Assembly (NCBI GenBank): GCA_001179505.1
Contig: CDMY01000027.1
Span: 124,001-188,000 of the forward strand
DNA from: Vitrella brassicaformis CCMP3155
Taxonomy: Eukaryota; Protista; Chromerida
Length of the DNA: 64,000 bases
Reading direction: 5' to 3'
A program made the position numbers and the translations under genes. The first letter of the stretch is position 1; every line of letters starts with the position of its first letter. Under the pieces are notes generated by a model, which had not been told where the DNA came from, did no database searches, and saw only the letters and a list, made by a program, of their open reading frames with translations. Shown one piece after another: positions 51,359 through 62,377 of this stretch.

Positions 51359-52205
51359 GAGGACCGCACAAGTGAGCAGGGAGAGGGGGACGCAACTAGG
51401 TAGGCCGGGAGGAACGTGTGTGGGTGCATCTTGCACTCTTGCGTTGTATTGGCTGACATCTTCTGTGGCGTGGCATGACCTGTCTCTGGTCCGTCAGAGA
51501 GAGGGGCATTCATCTGGCCACACGGCAGCGGCAGGACAAGGGCCATGGTCGCGGCGCCCGAGAAGAACAACCTCAACCACACGAAGAGGACACGCCGCAC
51601 GGGGAGCCGCCATACGAGAAAGTGCTGTGTTGGAGCGGGCGACGCCGAGCCTCGACGATTACGAGAAGGGCACCGACGGGTGGGTCAGCTCAGCCAAATT
51701 GGCTGGCTGGCTGCACAGATGTCTGTCTATCTGTCTGTCTGTCTGCCCCTTGTCGGGTGCGGATGACGAGTTGCCGCCAGCTCGGGAGGCCGGCAGAGGA
51801 CCGCACAAGTGAGCAGGGAGGCAGGCAGCCAAGGAGGGAAGGTGTGGGCGCATCTTGCACAAGTGCATTGCATTTGCGTGAGATCTCATCTTCTGTGGCG
51901 TGGCATGATCTGTCTGCTCTCCGTCAGAGGGAGGGGCGCTCAGCTGGCCGCACGGCAGCGGCAGGGCGAGGGTTATGGTCGCGGCGCCGGAGGAGAACAG
52001 CCTCACCCACACGATGAGGAGCCGCCATACGAGAAGGTGCTGTGGGGAGCGCTGGAGCGGGCGACGCCGAGCCTCGACGAGTACGAAAAGGAGGCCGTCC
52101 TGGGAGAGGGCACAGACGGGTGAGTGGGTCAGCTTAGTCAGGTTGGCTGGCTGGCTGAACGGATGTCTGTGTCTCTGTGTGTCTGTGTGTCTGTGTGTCC
52201 CCTCC
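51359..52205 (+). repeat. Imperfect ~437-bp tandem duplication of CDK 5' exons and introns
   Basis: gaggaccgcacaagtgagcagggag at 51359 and 51796; downstream shared blocks such as ttctgtggcgtggcatga, gagccgccatacgagaa and cgacgccgagcctcgacga. Confidence 0.85.
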
Positions 52206-53770
52206 CAGGACAATATATCGTGCTCGCCACAAGCCCACCGGCAGACAGGTCGCCATCAAGACCCTCAGCTACGACGACTGCACCGTCGGTAGGCACAGAC
52301 GATGACCGACGCGCAGCACCCACTCAGTGTTATGTTGTGTGTGCAGTTGCCCTGAGGCCCACATCTTATCCTTCGTGGCAAGGACGTCAAGGAACCGATA
52401 CCATGGTGAAGAGGTGAGCAAAGCTCAGGAAAGCGTGCGATGTCTTCTCATCCCGTTCGCCTGCCTGCGTGATTTGTTGTGTATTCATATGCAGGTCGAA
52501 AGCGTACTCTCGACGATGACGACGGGACACCAGTGGCCGTCTCAAGATTATCCGTCGTCGTGGGGTCGCCGTGAACCCACCAGCCCAAGAACACTCCCAT
52601 CCCCGGCCGCATCCAAAATGTCCCGCCCTGCGACGGCAGCACCCCAACGGCAAGTCCACCCACACACTGATCCAGCACGCACTCCCACATCCGTTTGGAC
52701 TCTGTGTGTGTGTCTTGCTTGTCCCGTGCGTGTGTGGGTGCAGTTATCCAGCTGCTCGACCTCGTCATCGAGCATGCCCCCGGCGGCAACGGCAGGGCCA
52801 CCGCACACCTTATCTTTGAGCTTATCGAGCAGTAAGCAACACACCAGCCAGCCAACACGACGTAAGCCAGCCGGCTGTTTGCACTCACTGCATCATGGCA
52901 CTCGTGGCTCTTCGCAGCGACCTGTTTAGTGCGTGCCGCAAGCGCGGACACGCCATGGTGGGTGCCAACACAGGGAGAGGGAGAGAAAAGACTGACAGGC
53001 GCGCACGAACGTACACGTGTGTGTGTGTGTGTGTCTGTCAGCTCGACACTAGGGAGGTCAACAGCATTATGCAGCAGCTGCTGGCCGGGCTGGTCTACCT
53101 CCACGGCCACTTGGTGCTGCACAGGGACATCAAACGTTGAAACCCACACGACGGAATACTAACACGTCTTGTGTGTGTCTATGTACGTCTTCGTTCGTTC
53201 GTTCGTTCGTTTCTTCAGTGTCGAATCTGCTGATGGGGCGCGATGGCCAGCTAAAGATAGCAGACTTCGGCCTGGCCCGCAGCACACGCAACGCGGCGCC
53301 CACATAAATCGTACGTGCCCCCAGACAGACAGACAGACAGACAGATGGACAGACAAACGGTCACAGTATTACGTACCAAACACTCACCCCTGCGTGCACT
53401 CACTTGATGCAGATGACCAACGACGTCGTCACCCCGTGGTACCGCTCCCCAGGTGGGTGACGCAATCACGCCGTACTGACAGCTAGGACACACACACACA
53501 CACACACTTTACACACACTGGCTGTCGGTCCAACAGAGCTCCTCATGGCTTCTATCAAGTACCGGGGCGAGGTGGATATTTGGTCAGCGGGGTGTGTGCT
53601 GGGCCAGCTGCTGTCTAACACAATACTCTTCCCTGGAAGTACGGAGGACGCACACTCACACCACACGCACACACCATGTCTGTCTGTCTGTCTATCTATC
53701 TGTCTGTCTGTCTGTCTGTCTGCCATCTCAGCCTCAGAGATCAACATACTCGCCTACATACACACCGTGA
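51359..53770 (+). pseudogene. CDK-like Ser/Thr kinase with in-frame stops (probable pseudogene)
   Basis: DEYEKEAVLGEGTDG/TIYRARHKPTGRQVAIK, HPNVIQLLD, HRDIKLSNLL...KIADFGLAR, VVTPWYRSPELL and DIWSAGC are present. TAA at 53305-53307 follows the DFG motif, and TGA at 52517-52519 lies in the in-phase N-lobe reading. Confidence 0.7.
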
Positions 53771-54309
53771 GTATCAGTCTTTGTTGTCGTCCGTCTGGCT
53801 GTTTCGTTTCTTTGCGAGAGACCGGAGGGGAGCAAGGGGTGGGTTGGGGGAGTTAGGTGTGTGGTGTGCGCAGCGTGCAGCCCAAAGAGGCGTGGAGGGA
53901 GAGTGAGGAGGTAGCGCTCAATGCGGATGTAGCAGATCTCGATCCTGCAAGGCCGTGTCTCTGTGTGTGTGCTGCAGTCATTCATCGCTGCTTACATTTT
54001 ATATCTGTGGGTCGGTGTTTCTCCTTCCTGCCGTGACGCACTGTGTCAGTCGATGTCACGTACATATCCGGTAAGGGCGGGCGGCAAGGGATGGTCAGAA
54101 GTGAGACGCACATGTGATGCCCATCTATCTATATGCCTGTCTGTTTTTGTGTGTCCTGGCGTGACAGTTAGGCTTGTCTGCAGCAAAGGGCAGGTCGAAG
54201 ATGCCATGAATTCGGTCTGAGTACAGCGAAGCAGACAGAACACACAGTGTCACACACATGAATAAAGACATCGGTCTTTTCTCTGTGTCTTCGCTGCAGT
54301 CGACCGTGC

Positions 54310-54700
54310 CTGACGTGGCTGCGCCGACCTCAGCCCCCAGCCCCCATGGTGGCAGTGGGCGTCGCTGCGAATCACCAAGAACATTCTGCTCGCCCTCGTC
54401 GGCGTGTTCGGGGGCCTCTTCGTCGCCTCCGTGTGGTGGGAGAGCATATGTTCGTGCCTGAGTATTTGGTTACCATCGGCTCACCCAGACGCTCGCCTTC
54501 ATGAGACTGTGCCCAGTGACGCAGCTCAACTGCTACGCAGCCATGGGGGGGCTCACCGCCCTCCTAGGCTCATGCTGCTGCTCCTGCTGGTGGCTGCGGT
54601 ATTCATCCTCTTCTACGACATCCAAGCACACATCCGAGGCTGCAAGCCGCTGCTGCTGGACGATGTGGCCGATTTCTTCCAGGGTGTGCTGAAGACTCGA
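54310..54700 (+). pseudogene. Membrane-protein-like fragment, possibly decayed
   Basis: Frame ...WWQWASLRITKNILLALVGVFGGLFVASVWW...LMLLLLLVAAVFILFYDIQAH has two hydrophobic helices but an upstream TGA and no clear start. Confidence 0.25.
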
Positions 54701-55300
54701 GCGCGCTGGGGACAAGATGCCTGCCTGCCTGCCTGGCTGGCTGGCTGTGTGTGTATGTGTGCGCGTGCGCAGCAAAGAGGAGAGAGGCACGGAGGTCATG
54801 ACGGGTTCGTCCCTTTGTGTCTCTTTCTGCTGCGTGTGTGCAGGCAGTGATCGATGGATTGCTGCTTACATTTTATATCCAGACGCTCGTTTGTTGACTT
54901 TGTTGTCCCGCTCAGTCAGTCAGTGCATTGTCACTCAGTCTGTGACAGACAGATGGCCATGTTCAATGAACTGTGGACGTCCCTTTCCATGCAGGAAGGC
55001 ATATAGGCACACAGCAATCTCTGCCTGCATTTTATATTTCGTGTGTTCTTGTCGATGATGGTTGGTGGACGTTGACGTGTGCGTGCGGCCGTTGCAGCTC
55101 GGGAGGGATGTTTGTGACTGACAAAGATTGAAACAAACCGACACATGACAAATACGCACGCACAGGGTCCACCCATCGTCAAACGAAAACCATGCAGGAA
55201 CGAATGGAACAGTTACCGAAAAACCTCGACACTGCAGTCAGGCCGATTGCACCACTTCACACATCGACTGCTTCGTTGCCAAGCCAGATCAACCCAGCTA

Positions 55301-57806
55301 TCACTTGCTGCCCCCCTCACTGCCCTCCCCTTGGTCGTTGCCCTCGTCAGTCTGCCCGCCCTGCTCTTTGCCCTCTCCCCCAGCATCATCTGGTGCTGGC
55401 TGTGGTGCCTCGGACGGCGCCTCGACGAGCGTGCTGTCTCCCCCGAAGTAGAGGTTGCCCTTGCCCTTCCTGTCGTCGCTTTGCAGAATGCCCGAGCTCC
55501 ACAACGTCGCCTCCTTCTTGGCTGCTGGTGATCGGCGCAGCTTTGGCCGTCTTGATGGTGGTGGTTGTGACGGTGATGTTGACTCATCCACTGCTGTCGC
55601 TTCCGCACCCTCCGCTTGCTCTTGTCTTTGTCTGCGGAGCATCGCTGTGCGCCGCAGGAAGTCGCTGGCGTCAGCTGATGATGGCTGATGCTGCTGCTCG
55701 TCTTGTGTGGCGGGCAGCGGTGTGCCGGTGCGTGGTCGGCAGACGCCGTCGGTGCCGCACTCCATCTGCTGAGAGGTCCCTGCAGCAATCGGCATCGGCT
55801 CAGGAGTCGTCATGACGGCCGGGGCAGCCGGTGCTGTGGGTGTCGTCTCTGGCGGATGCTCCTCCACGTCTACCCCTCTCTCCTCCTGCTGATACTGCGC
55901 CCTATGCCGGTGGGGCAACGGGATGGGCATACCCACGACGTCACCCGACACCTGCTTCGCCTTCCATGCGGTGAGGGTCTTGTACGCCGCCGTCACGGGG
56001 GCGAGGTTCCTGCTCTCGTAGGACATGGCAACCGGGGCGCCAGCAGAGACGTCAGCAGAGTCCTGGAAGCCCACCAGTCGGAGGATGGCGAGTGCGGGTG
56101 GATAGGGGGCGACGGTCTCGGCTGCTTTGGCGTTGAGGAGGTTGATGCGCCTGTACTTGGGGTCTTGTGGGTGCCGGGCGACGTTCTTGAGATAGATGGA
56201 CAGAATGCGCACCGTCTCCTGTGCCTTGTCAGACGTCATGCCGGGCGCCTGCATCCACAAATCAATCAATCAACACAGAGAGAGAATGGTGCAGTGCAAC
56301 ACTAGAAAGAGATGTATGCGATGCGCGTCTCTGTGGCTCTGTATGTGACCTTGAGGAGCTGATCGAGCTGTTTCTTGATGTCATAGTCGAGCTTCTCACT
56401 CTTGGCGAAGCCAAAGGCGGCCCTCCCACACATGGACGAGAACCGCCTGCAGGCCACAACAAACACGCATATGACACGTGCGTCCATCCACCCAACCATC
56501 CATGCTGTTGACTTACTTACCGGCTGACTGGCTGCAGTTTCTCCTTCTGTGAGAGTTCCGGCTGCCTCTGGGCCAGCCGTGTGATGAGCGCCTGGAGCTG
56601 GTCGCTGCCGCCGACGCCAGTGGACTTCTCGACGATGTCGCCGTCGATGACCGATAAGAGTGTGGGCAGCCCCTCCACCTCCAGACACTGAGATAATGAC
56701 TTGTGCTTGTCGCTGTTGATCTTGACCAATCTGAACAGCACATTACACACACACACATGGATGTGATCTTTCTGCCTGTGGGCGAGAGGCCTTTCAGGAC
56801 TGACCTGAACATGCCCCCAAATTGCGTGACGACGTCTTCGAGGATGGGTTTGAGCTGCTGGCAGGGGCCGCACCAGTCGGCATACACGTCAATCAGCACA
56901 GGCACCGGCGACTCGATCACCAGACGCTGCAGCTCGCTCTCCTCCGGCTCAAATATCACGCTGTTCTTCTCCGCTGGCTCGGGCATCCTGCCGCCTCCAG
57001 ATGCTGGTGCTGCCGCCCTGCCTTTGCCCTTGAGTGTGGCTGTGGTGCGCCCAAGGCTGTCCTGACCCTCACTGACGAACGAGCGATAGTCGGGATCACT
57101 TGTGGTCCTGCGTCTGATCATGGCCATGACGCGCCGGGTGCTGACGCCCCCCACTCCAGCCGCCGTCTGCCATGCCTTGATGACGCCTTCCCGAGCCGTC
57201 TGCTCGTCGACGCCTCTCCTGACCTTCCGCGTCACCTTGTCCTCAAAGACTCGCTGCAGCTGCTGCTCCTGCCTGGTCAGGAGGCTGTCTGCCTGCTGGC
57301 CTATCGCCTCGATGGCTTCACGCACAGCTACGTCCTGCGGCCGCTTGGCGATGGCCGCATCCTGAAGCGAAGTGAGTGCCGGCGCGATGCCGATCTCACG
57401 GACGGCAGCGTCGACCACAGATGGAGACCAACCTGAGACCACACACACACACACATGAAAGGTACACAAAGAGATGATGACATGGGCTTGTGGGTGTCTG
57501 TCTGTCTGTCTATCTACCTTTCTGTCGCAGCCAGTTGGCAGCCGCCAGCGTCAATCTCTCCATGGCGATCTTCTCCATGGCCTGCTGCTCTCCCTCCTCT
57601 ATCAGATCTTCCCCCTGCGTGTCAATGGCATAGTACCCCGCCTGTATGGATGGGTCGATGCGGCCGCTGCTGCCCTCCCGTCCCTGCAGGGCCATCGGCA
57701 CGCCCCATGCCCGCTGCCGAAGGGGCACTGTGAGGGTGCCGGTCTCTGACGATGCCTTGATGAAGGGCAGCAAGGAGATCAAGAGGCAAACAGAGGACGC
57801 ACGCAT
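55301..57806 (-). CDS. Signal-peptide-bearing thioredoxin (WCGPC) plus PUB domain protein
   Basis: MRASSVCLLISLLPFIKASS leader; PVLIDVYADWCGPCQQLKPILE; PUB motif ILSIYLKNVARHPQDPKYRRINLLN...ILRLVGF. Confidence 0.85.
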
Positions 57807-58090
57807 GCCGTAGACCAAAGGTTGATGAATGAGGCTCCAGCGTCCAGATCTTGAGGTCAGATAAGCTCGCAAAAAGCCACCGTGAAACCGCTCTCTCTCT
57901 CCGAAGATCGCCCGCGAGAAAGAAGAGAAGCGCCGCCATCTCTCTCAGTAATCAGGTATGAAAGGGCAGAAAGACCACAATGAAAGGGCAGAATACAACC
58001 AACGCACTCACTTATGATGGCATGTGTGACCGTTCTGTCCCGTGTCACCGACTGGCCCTTCGTGAGCCAGTGACTCATCAGCTTCCCGTG

Positions 58091-59471
58091 ATGGATGCCC
58101 TGACGCGTCACGGTGTCCTCTGTGATCTCGACAGCACCATCGTCGGCCCCTTGGAGGACCTGGCAGACCAGCAGAGAGATTTGTCGTCGGCGTACGACAT
58201 CATCGCCTTGCTGAACGACCATGGCGCCAATCAGCTTTCAAGGGCCTCGGGCGACGAGATGCTGCAGCTCAACGTGGGCGGCAGCCTGTCGAGTGTGCAG
58301 CGGCGGCACCTGACGAGGTGTAGTGGTTCCCTGCTTAATTACTCCCCTGCTTACATACTTGTGTCATGTGCAGCGTCGAGGGGTCGCCCCTGTCCATCTT
58401 GTTCAGCGGCAAGTGGGATGGCCGATTCATCCGGGACCAGGACAGTCGAGTGTTCGTCGACATGGACCCCCGCGCCTTTGAGCAGGCGCGCAACGCCCTG
58501 TTTGAGGGGCAGGAGGGCGTGGACCATCTGCTCTGTGAGGCCCACAAGAGACAATTCACTGGTAGGGAGGGAGGGATGGGTGTGATGTTTGCACTCACAC
58601 ACATGCATACGCCGGATGTTTTGTTCAGGAGTTCATGACTTCTGGTTTAAGCTGCTGCTGTCACCGCTCCCGCCGGTCGTAGAGGAGAAACGGTCCGCAG
58701 AGAGGCCCCAATTGACGGCCACAAACATCCCTCCCGAGTTGAACGCCTTCTGGGCGGCTGTCAAGAAATTCATAGAGGGCTTCGCTGCCCGCAAGGGAAG
58801 GCTGGCGCGAGAGCGGCAACCAAGAAGGCGGCATACGACAAGGTCATGGCCGAGATACAGGTGACCCACACGGACAGACAGACAGTGCTATGCATCAGCA
58901 AGCATGGAGCTGTTTATGTGTATGTGTGTCATGGATGGATGTATCAGGCGGTGCGGCCCTTCCTGGCTCCCCTGTCTGCCGCCCATCCGTTCCTGCCACA
59001 CGTCCGCAAGGGCTACGAAATCCGCTCAGTGGACTTGTGCGGAACGACTATCGCCACCACTCAGGCCACCCTGGACGACATGGGCGACATTCCTCTGCGC
59101 AATCGATTCGATATGTGTGTGAGGAGGGAGGGGCAGAGAAACAAATGCAACGAGTGTGTGTGGATGTGTGTGCATCCAATCAGGTGGTCGGGCGCTGTGC
59201 ACGGAGTTTCTGACGAACATTTCCGCCGTCTGGTGGACTTCTATCGCCGCCAGCGGCACACTGCGGCCGGCGCACAGCTGCCTCTGGCCTGTGTGGTGCT
59301 GCGGGGGGCCAACGCGACAGAGCAACGATTCCTGGACAAGACCGCCCGGATGTACGGCGTCATTGAGGGTGGCGCTGCCGCCAAGGGGAACGCCATCACA
59401 CAGGCACTCCAACAAAGGTATGCAGGCGCACGTACGCGTCATGAAGGCAGGTTTTTGTTGACTGACAGTGG

Positions 59472-59506
<35 letters not shown>

Positions 59507-59844
59507 TGTGCAGTTTGTCCCGTTTGTGCCGGGCGAGTGGCGAACCTGATGATTGCTTCTGTGGGAGTGTGTCGCCGTCCGGTGTGCGGTATCAGATTGT
59601 GGAGGAGGGGACGGGATTGATGCCGCTGAGACACCAGGTGGTCACATACGACTGCACGTACTGGCGGGACAAGTTTAATGGCAGCCAGAAGGTCCACGAG
59701 GCCCGACGGTACGAGTATCCTATGAGCAGTGTGCGAGCCGAGTGGTTCCGTGAGGCGCTGATGGCCATGAGAGTGGGCGAGACCAGACGTGTGATAACGC
59801 CCTTTAAGATGTACGTTGAGCTGCGGCTCATTAGCATCATGTGA
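58091..59844 (+). CDS. KCTD-type BTB, second BTB-like unit and degenerate FKBP domain; 1-nt frameshift near 58816
   Basis: LQLNVGGS...VEGSPLSILFSGKWD...VFVDMDPRAF; IRSVDLCGTTIATTQATL; SGVRYQIVEEGTG...WFREALMAMRVGETRRV. The exon at about 58630-58860 changes frame. Confidence 0.7.
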
Positions 59845-60218
59845 CCCATGCGTGCTGACTTGGTTGGTGAGATAACGGCCACATCGTATTGATGGATTTT
59901 GTTGATTGATGACTACCCGATAGATGCGGTCTGTAACCGATTTGGTGCACCCCTGTGTCTGTCTGAGAGAGGGCTCGCCAGCAGCACAGAAACCACAGGC
60001 GGGGGCAGAAGTGCTCTGCTTTAGCAGACGCGGCATGTAGAGTCGCGTCCCTTCTGTCTTGTGTGCGTCTCTCATGGAGAGAATCCCTTCGAGAGACACT
60101 CGAGCTCGCAATTGCGATCGGGAGGAAGATCCCCTCGTTGACGGAGGAAAAAGGGAACACAAACACCACAGCAAAGCAGATCAGAGACGAACTGAATGCC
60201 AAGCATTCGTCAGCAGCC

Positions 60219-61884
60219 ATGACGTCGGCTGCCTCAGGCTGCATTCTTCTTCTCTTGGGGCCCGTCTTGTTGAGCGCCGAGGCCGTCGATGACGCCGTCC
60301 TTGACCTCTACAGGACACCAAGGGAGGGCTCGCTGTCTTATTACTGGAATCTGAGCGAGTCGCAACGCGGGACGTGCTTCCAGTGGCCTGAGCCGGCCGC
60401 CGGCAAGAATGGCGTGTGGACAAGGTGGGAGACACACACATTGTCAAGGATGTGCAACCAAGGCTTCTGGACTGCCCTATATGGCCAATCGACGCTGTCT
60501 TCTGCCTTTTTGTTGCAGCGTAGCGTTACCTGTCGTGTCGTCGCAGACCTTTTACGACGGGAGGACTTGCGGCATGTGCATCGAGTTCCTCCACACGGAT
60601 GTCGGCCGGGGGCCGCGCTACTTGGGGTCCAAACATGGAGGGCCAGAGGAGCACCAACCGCCAGCCAACGAGCGGACTCGTCTGTTTGTCAACAATGCGT
60701 GAGCTGCCGGCTGATACGTCCATGGAGACACACATCTGTGCCTGTGTCTGTCTCCATCTGCCCATGTTGCCGGCAGCTGTGGCGACTGCGAGTATGAGAA
60801 TCAGATGGACGTGTCGCTCAATAGCAGGTCGGCCTTGCACACACACCTACACACACACATATATGAGCGCACTCAGCAAAGGAAGACACAAAGATGACCA
60901 TCTTATGTCTTGTGTCGATCGGCAGGAAGGGGCTGTGGCAAGCGACCTGGGTGGCTGTGGACTGTGAGCCAGACACCACTCCCGTGCAGTTCATCTTCGG
61001 CCGTGGCTCCTCGGAGCACTTCATCGGGGTAGCCTGACTAACAGAGACATGGCCCAAACATCACGCCCATGTATTGTGTGTTAGTCTATCTCTTGGATGC
61101 AGTTGCAGGCCCGCAATCTGCCGATACCCGTCAAGGGTATCGAATACTACCATCCGATCAACGACAAGTGGTATACGATGAGCCAAGGCTTCACAGGTCT
61201 GCTCATATCGGCCGGCCATGCAGTGGATGAGAGAAAGGGTACATACTGACATGTGTTGTGTTATATCCGGTATGCATCACTCACTGGACGGACGCAGGCA
61301 TGTTCAAGTTCCAAGCGACAGAGACTGGCCTTGGCTGGCCCGACGAGCTCTTGAAGCCTCCATTGCGGGTTCGAGTCACCTCACTCAAGGCAAGCAACCA
61401 AGCAAGCCCCCTCAACCACCACTTCCCACATCCATCCCTGTCTCCCCCCTGTCCTGTTTGCCTTCAGGGGCAGGCTCTCGAGACAAATGTCTCCCGCATA
61501 GGGGAGGCCTTCGAGGTCATCGACTCTGATCCACCCATATTTTTTGAGGGCATCACGGGCGACGCCCCCACCGGCTCATGCACCGCAGTTGAAGAGGCCA
61601 GCAGGACGCCATGCGGCCCCTCAGACGTGAGTGAGAATGGCTGTGCGCTGCTCCACTGCTGCTGGAGTGGAGAGGGAGAGGAAGGCCCGTCGTGTTACCG
61701 CCGTGAGGGGGATGAGAGGACCGATTTGTCATCAGGTGGCCAACGTGTTACGGATCAGTACGACTCGAGTGCATGGAAGCCACACAGGAGGCTGCCGTGG
61801 CTGCTGGTTGGTGTGTTGGTCTGCGTCAGGTGGCTAGCTTGTCAACGACCCACCATTGCGCTGGCTGATGTGGTGATGTGGTGA
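60219..61884 (+). CDS. Expansin-like protein (DPBB plus CBM63-like) fused to a trefoil domain with C-terminal hydrophobic anchor
   Basis: Signal peptide; RGTC...VALPVVSSQTFYDGRTCGMCIEF...FVNNACGDC...MDVS...WVAVDC...QFIFGRGSSEHFIGLQARNLPIPVKGIEY...KWYTM; trefoil RTPCGPSDVSENGCALLHCCW; tail LPWLLVGVLVCV. Confidence 0.8.
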
Positions 61885-62377
61885 ATTTTTCCGTCCTATT
61901 TTTCGTCGACCGCAGGATGATAGGCTGGGTTGACTGGTGTGTGGGTGTGGGTGTGGGTGTAGGTTTGGGTGGATGTGGGTGTGGGTGGACGTGACGACTG
62001 TCCTTTGCTGTCTTTGGCAGTTTTGGACCCTGACTGAACTGTGAGCCTGTCTGCACTTGAAGCCTCTTCGTGTGTTGGTAGGAACACATGACACACGCTT
62101 TCAGAGGATCGGTCGTCTGTCTGTCTCTGTCCAGAGAGAGGGAAAAAAGACACAAATCACATGCACGCATCCCATGCACCCACCTAACCAACCAGTGCGG
62201 TCATTGTAAATCAGTTATTGTCCGTCAAGGCATTGCACGCACCCACATATGCACAGCGTATGCATGTTCATGCACACACAAGCGTCTCACTCATCGGCCA
62301 CGCCTGCCCGCGCCATCGCCTCCGATCCGACAGTTGTCCTCCAGCAGCTCAACCTACACTCACACATCAAATGATCA

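Noticed and set aside
51359-52205. Direct repeats as LTRs or a CRISPR-like array
   Set aside because: The units are adjacent, contain kinase exons and splice sites, and have no spacers, TG...CA ends or transposase/RT.
3000-58830. Programmed ribosomal frameshifting as a shared system for the RING and BTB-FKBP shifts
   Set aside because: Neither site has an X XXY YYZ slippery sequence, and both are single missing G next to G runs; assembly error or pseudogenisation is simpler. Kept only as individual findings.
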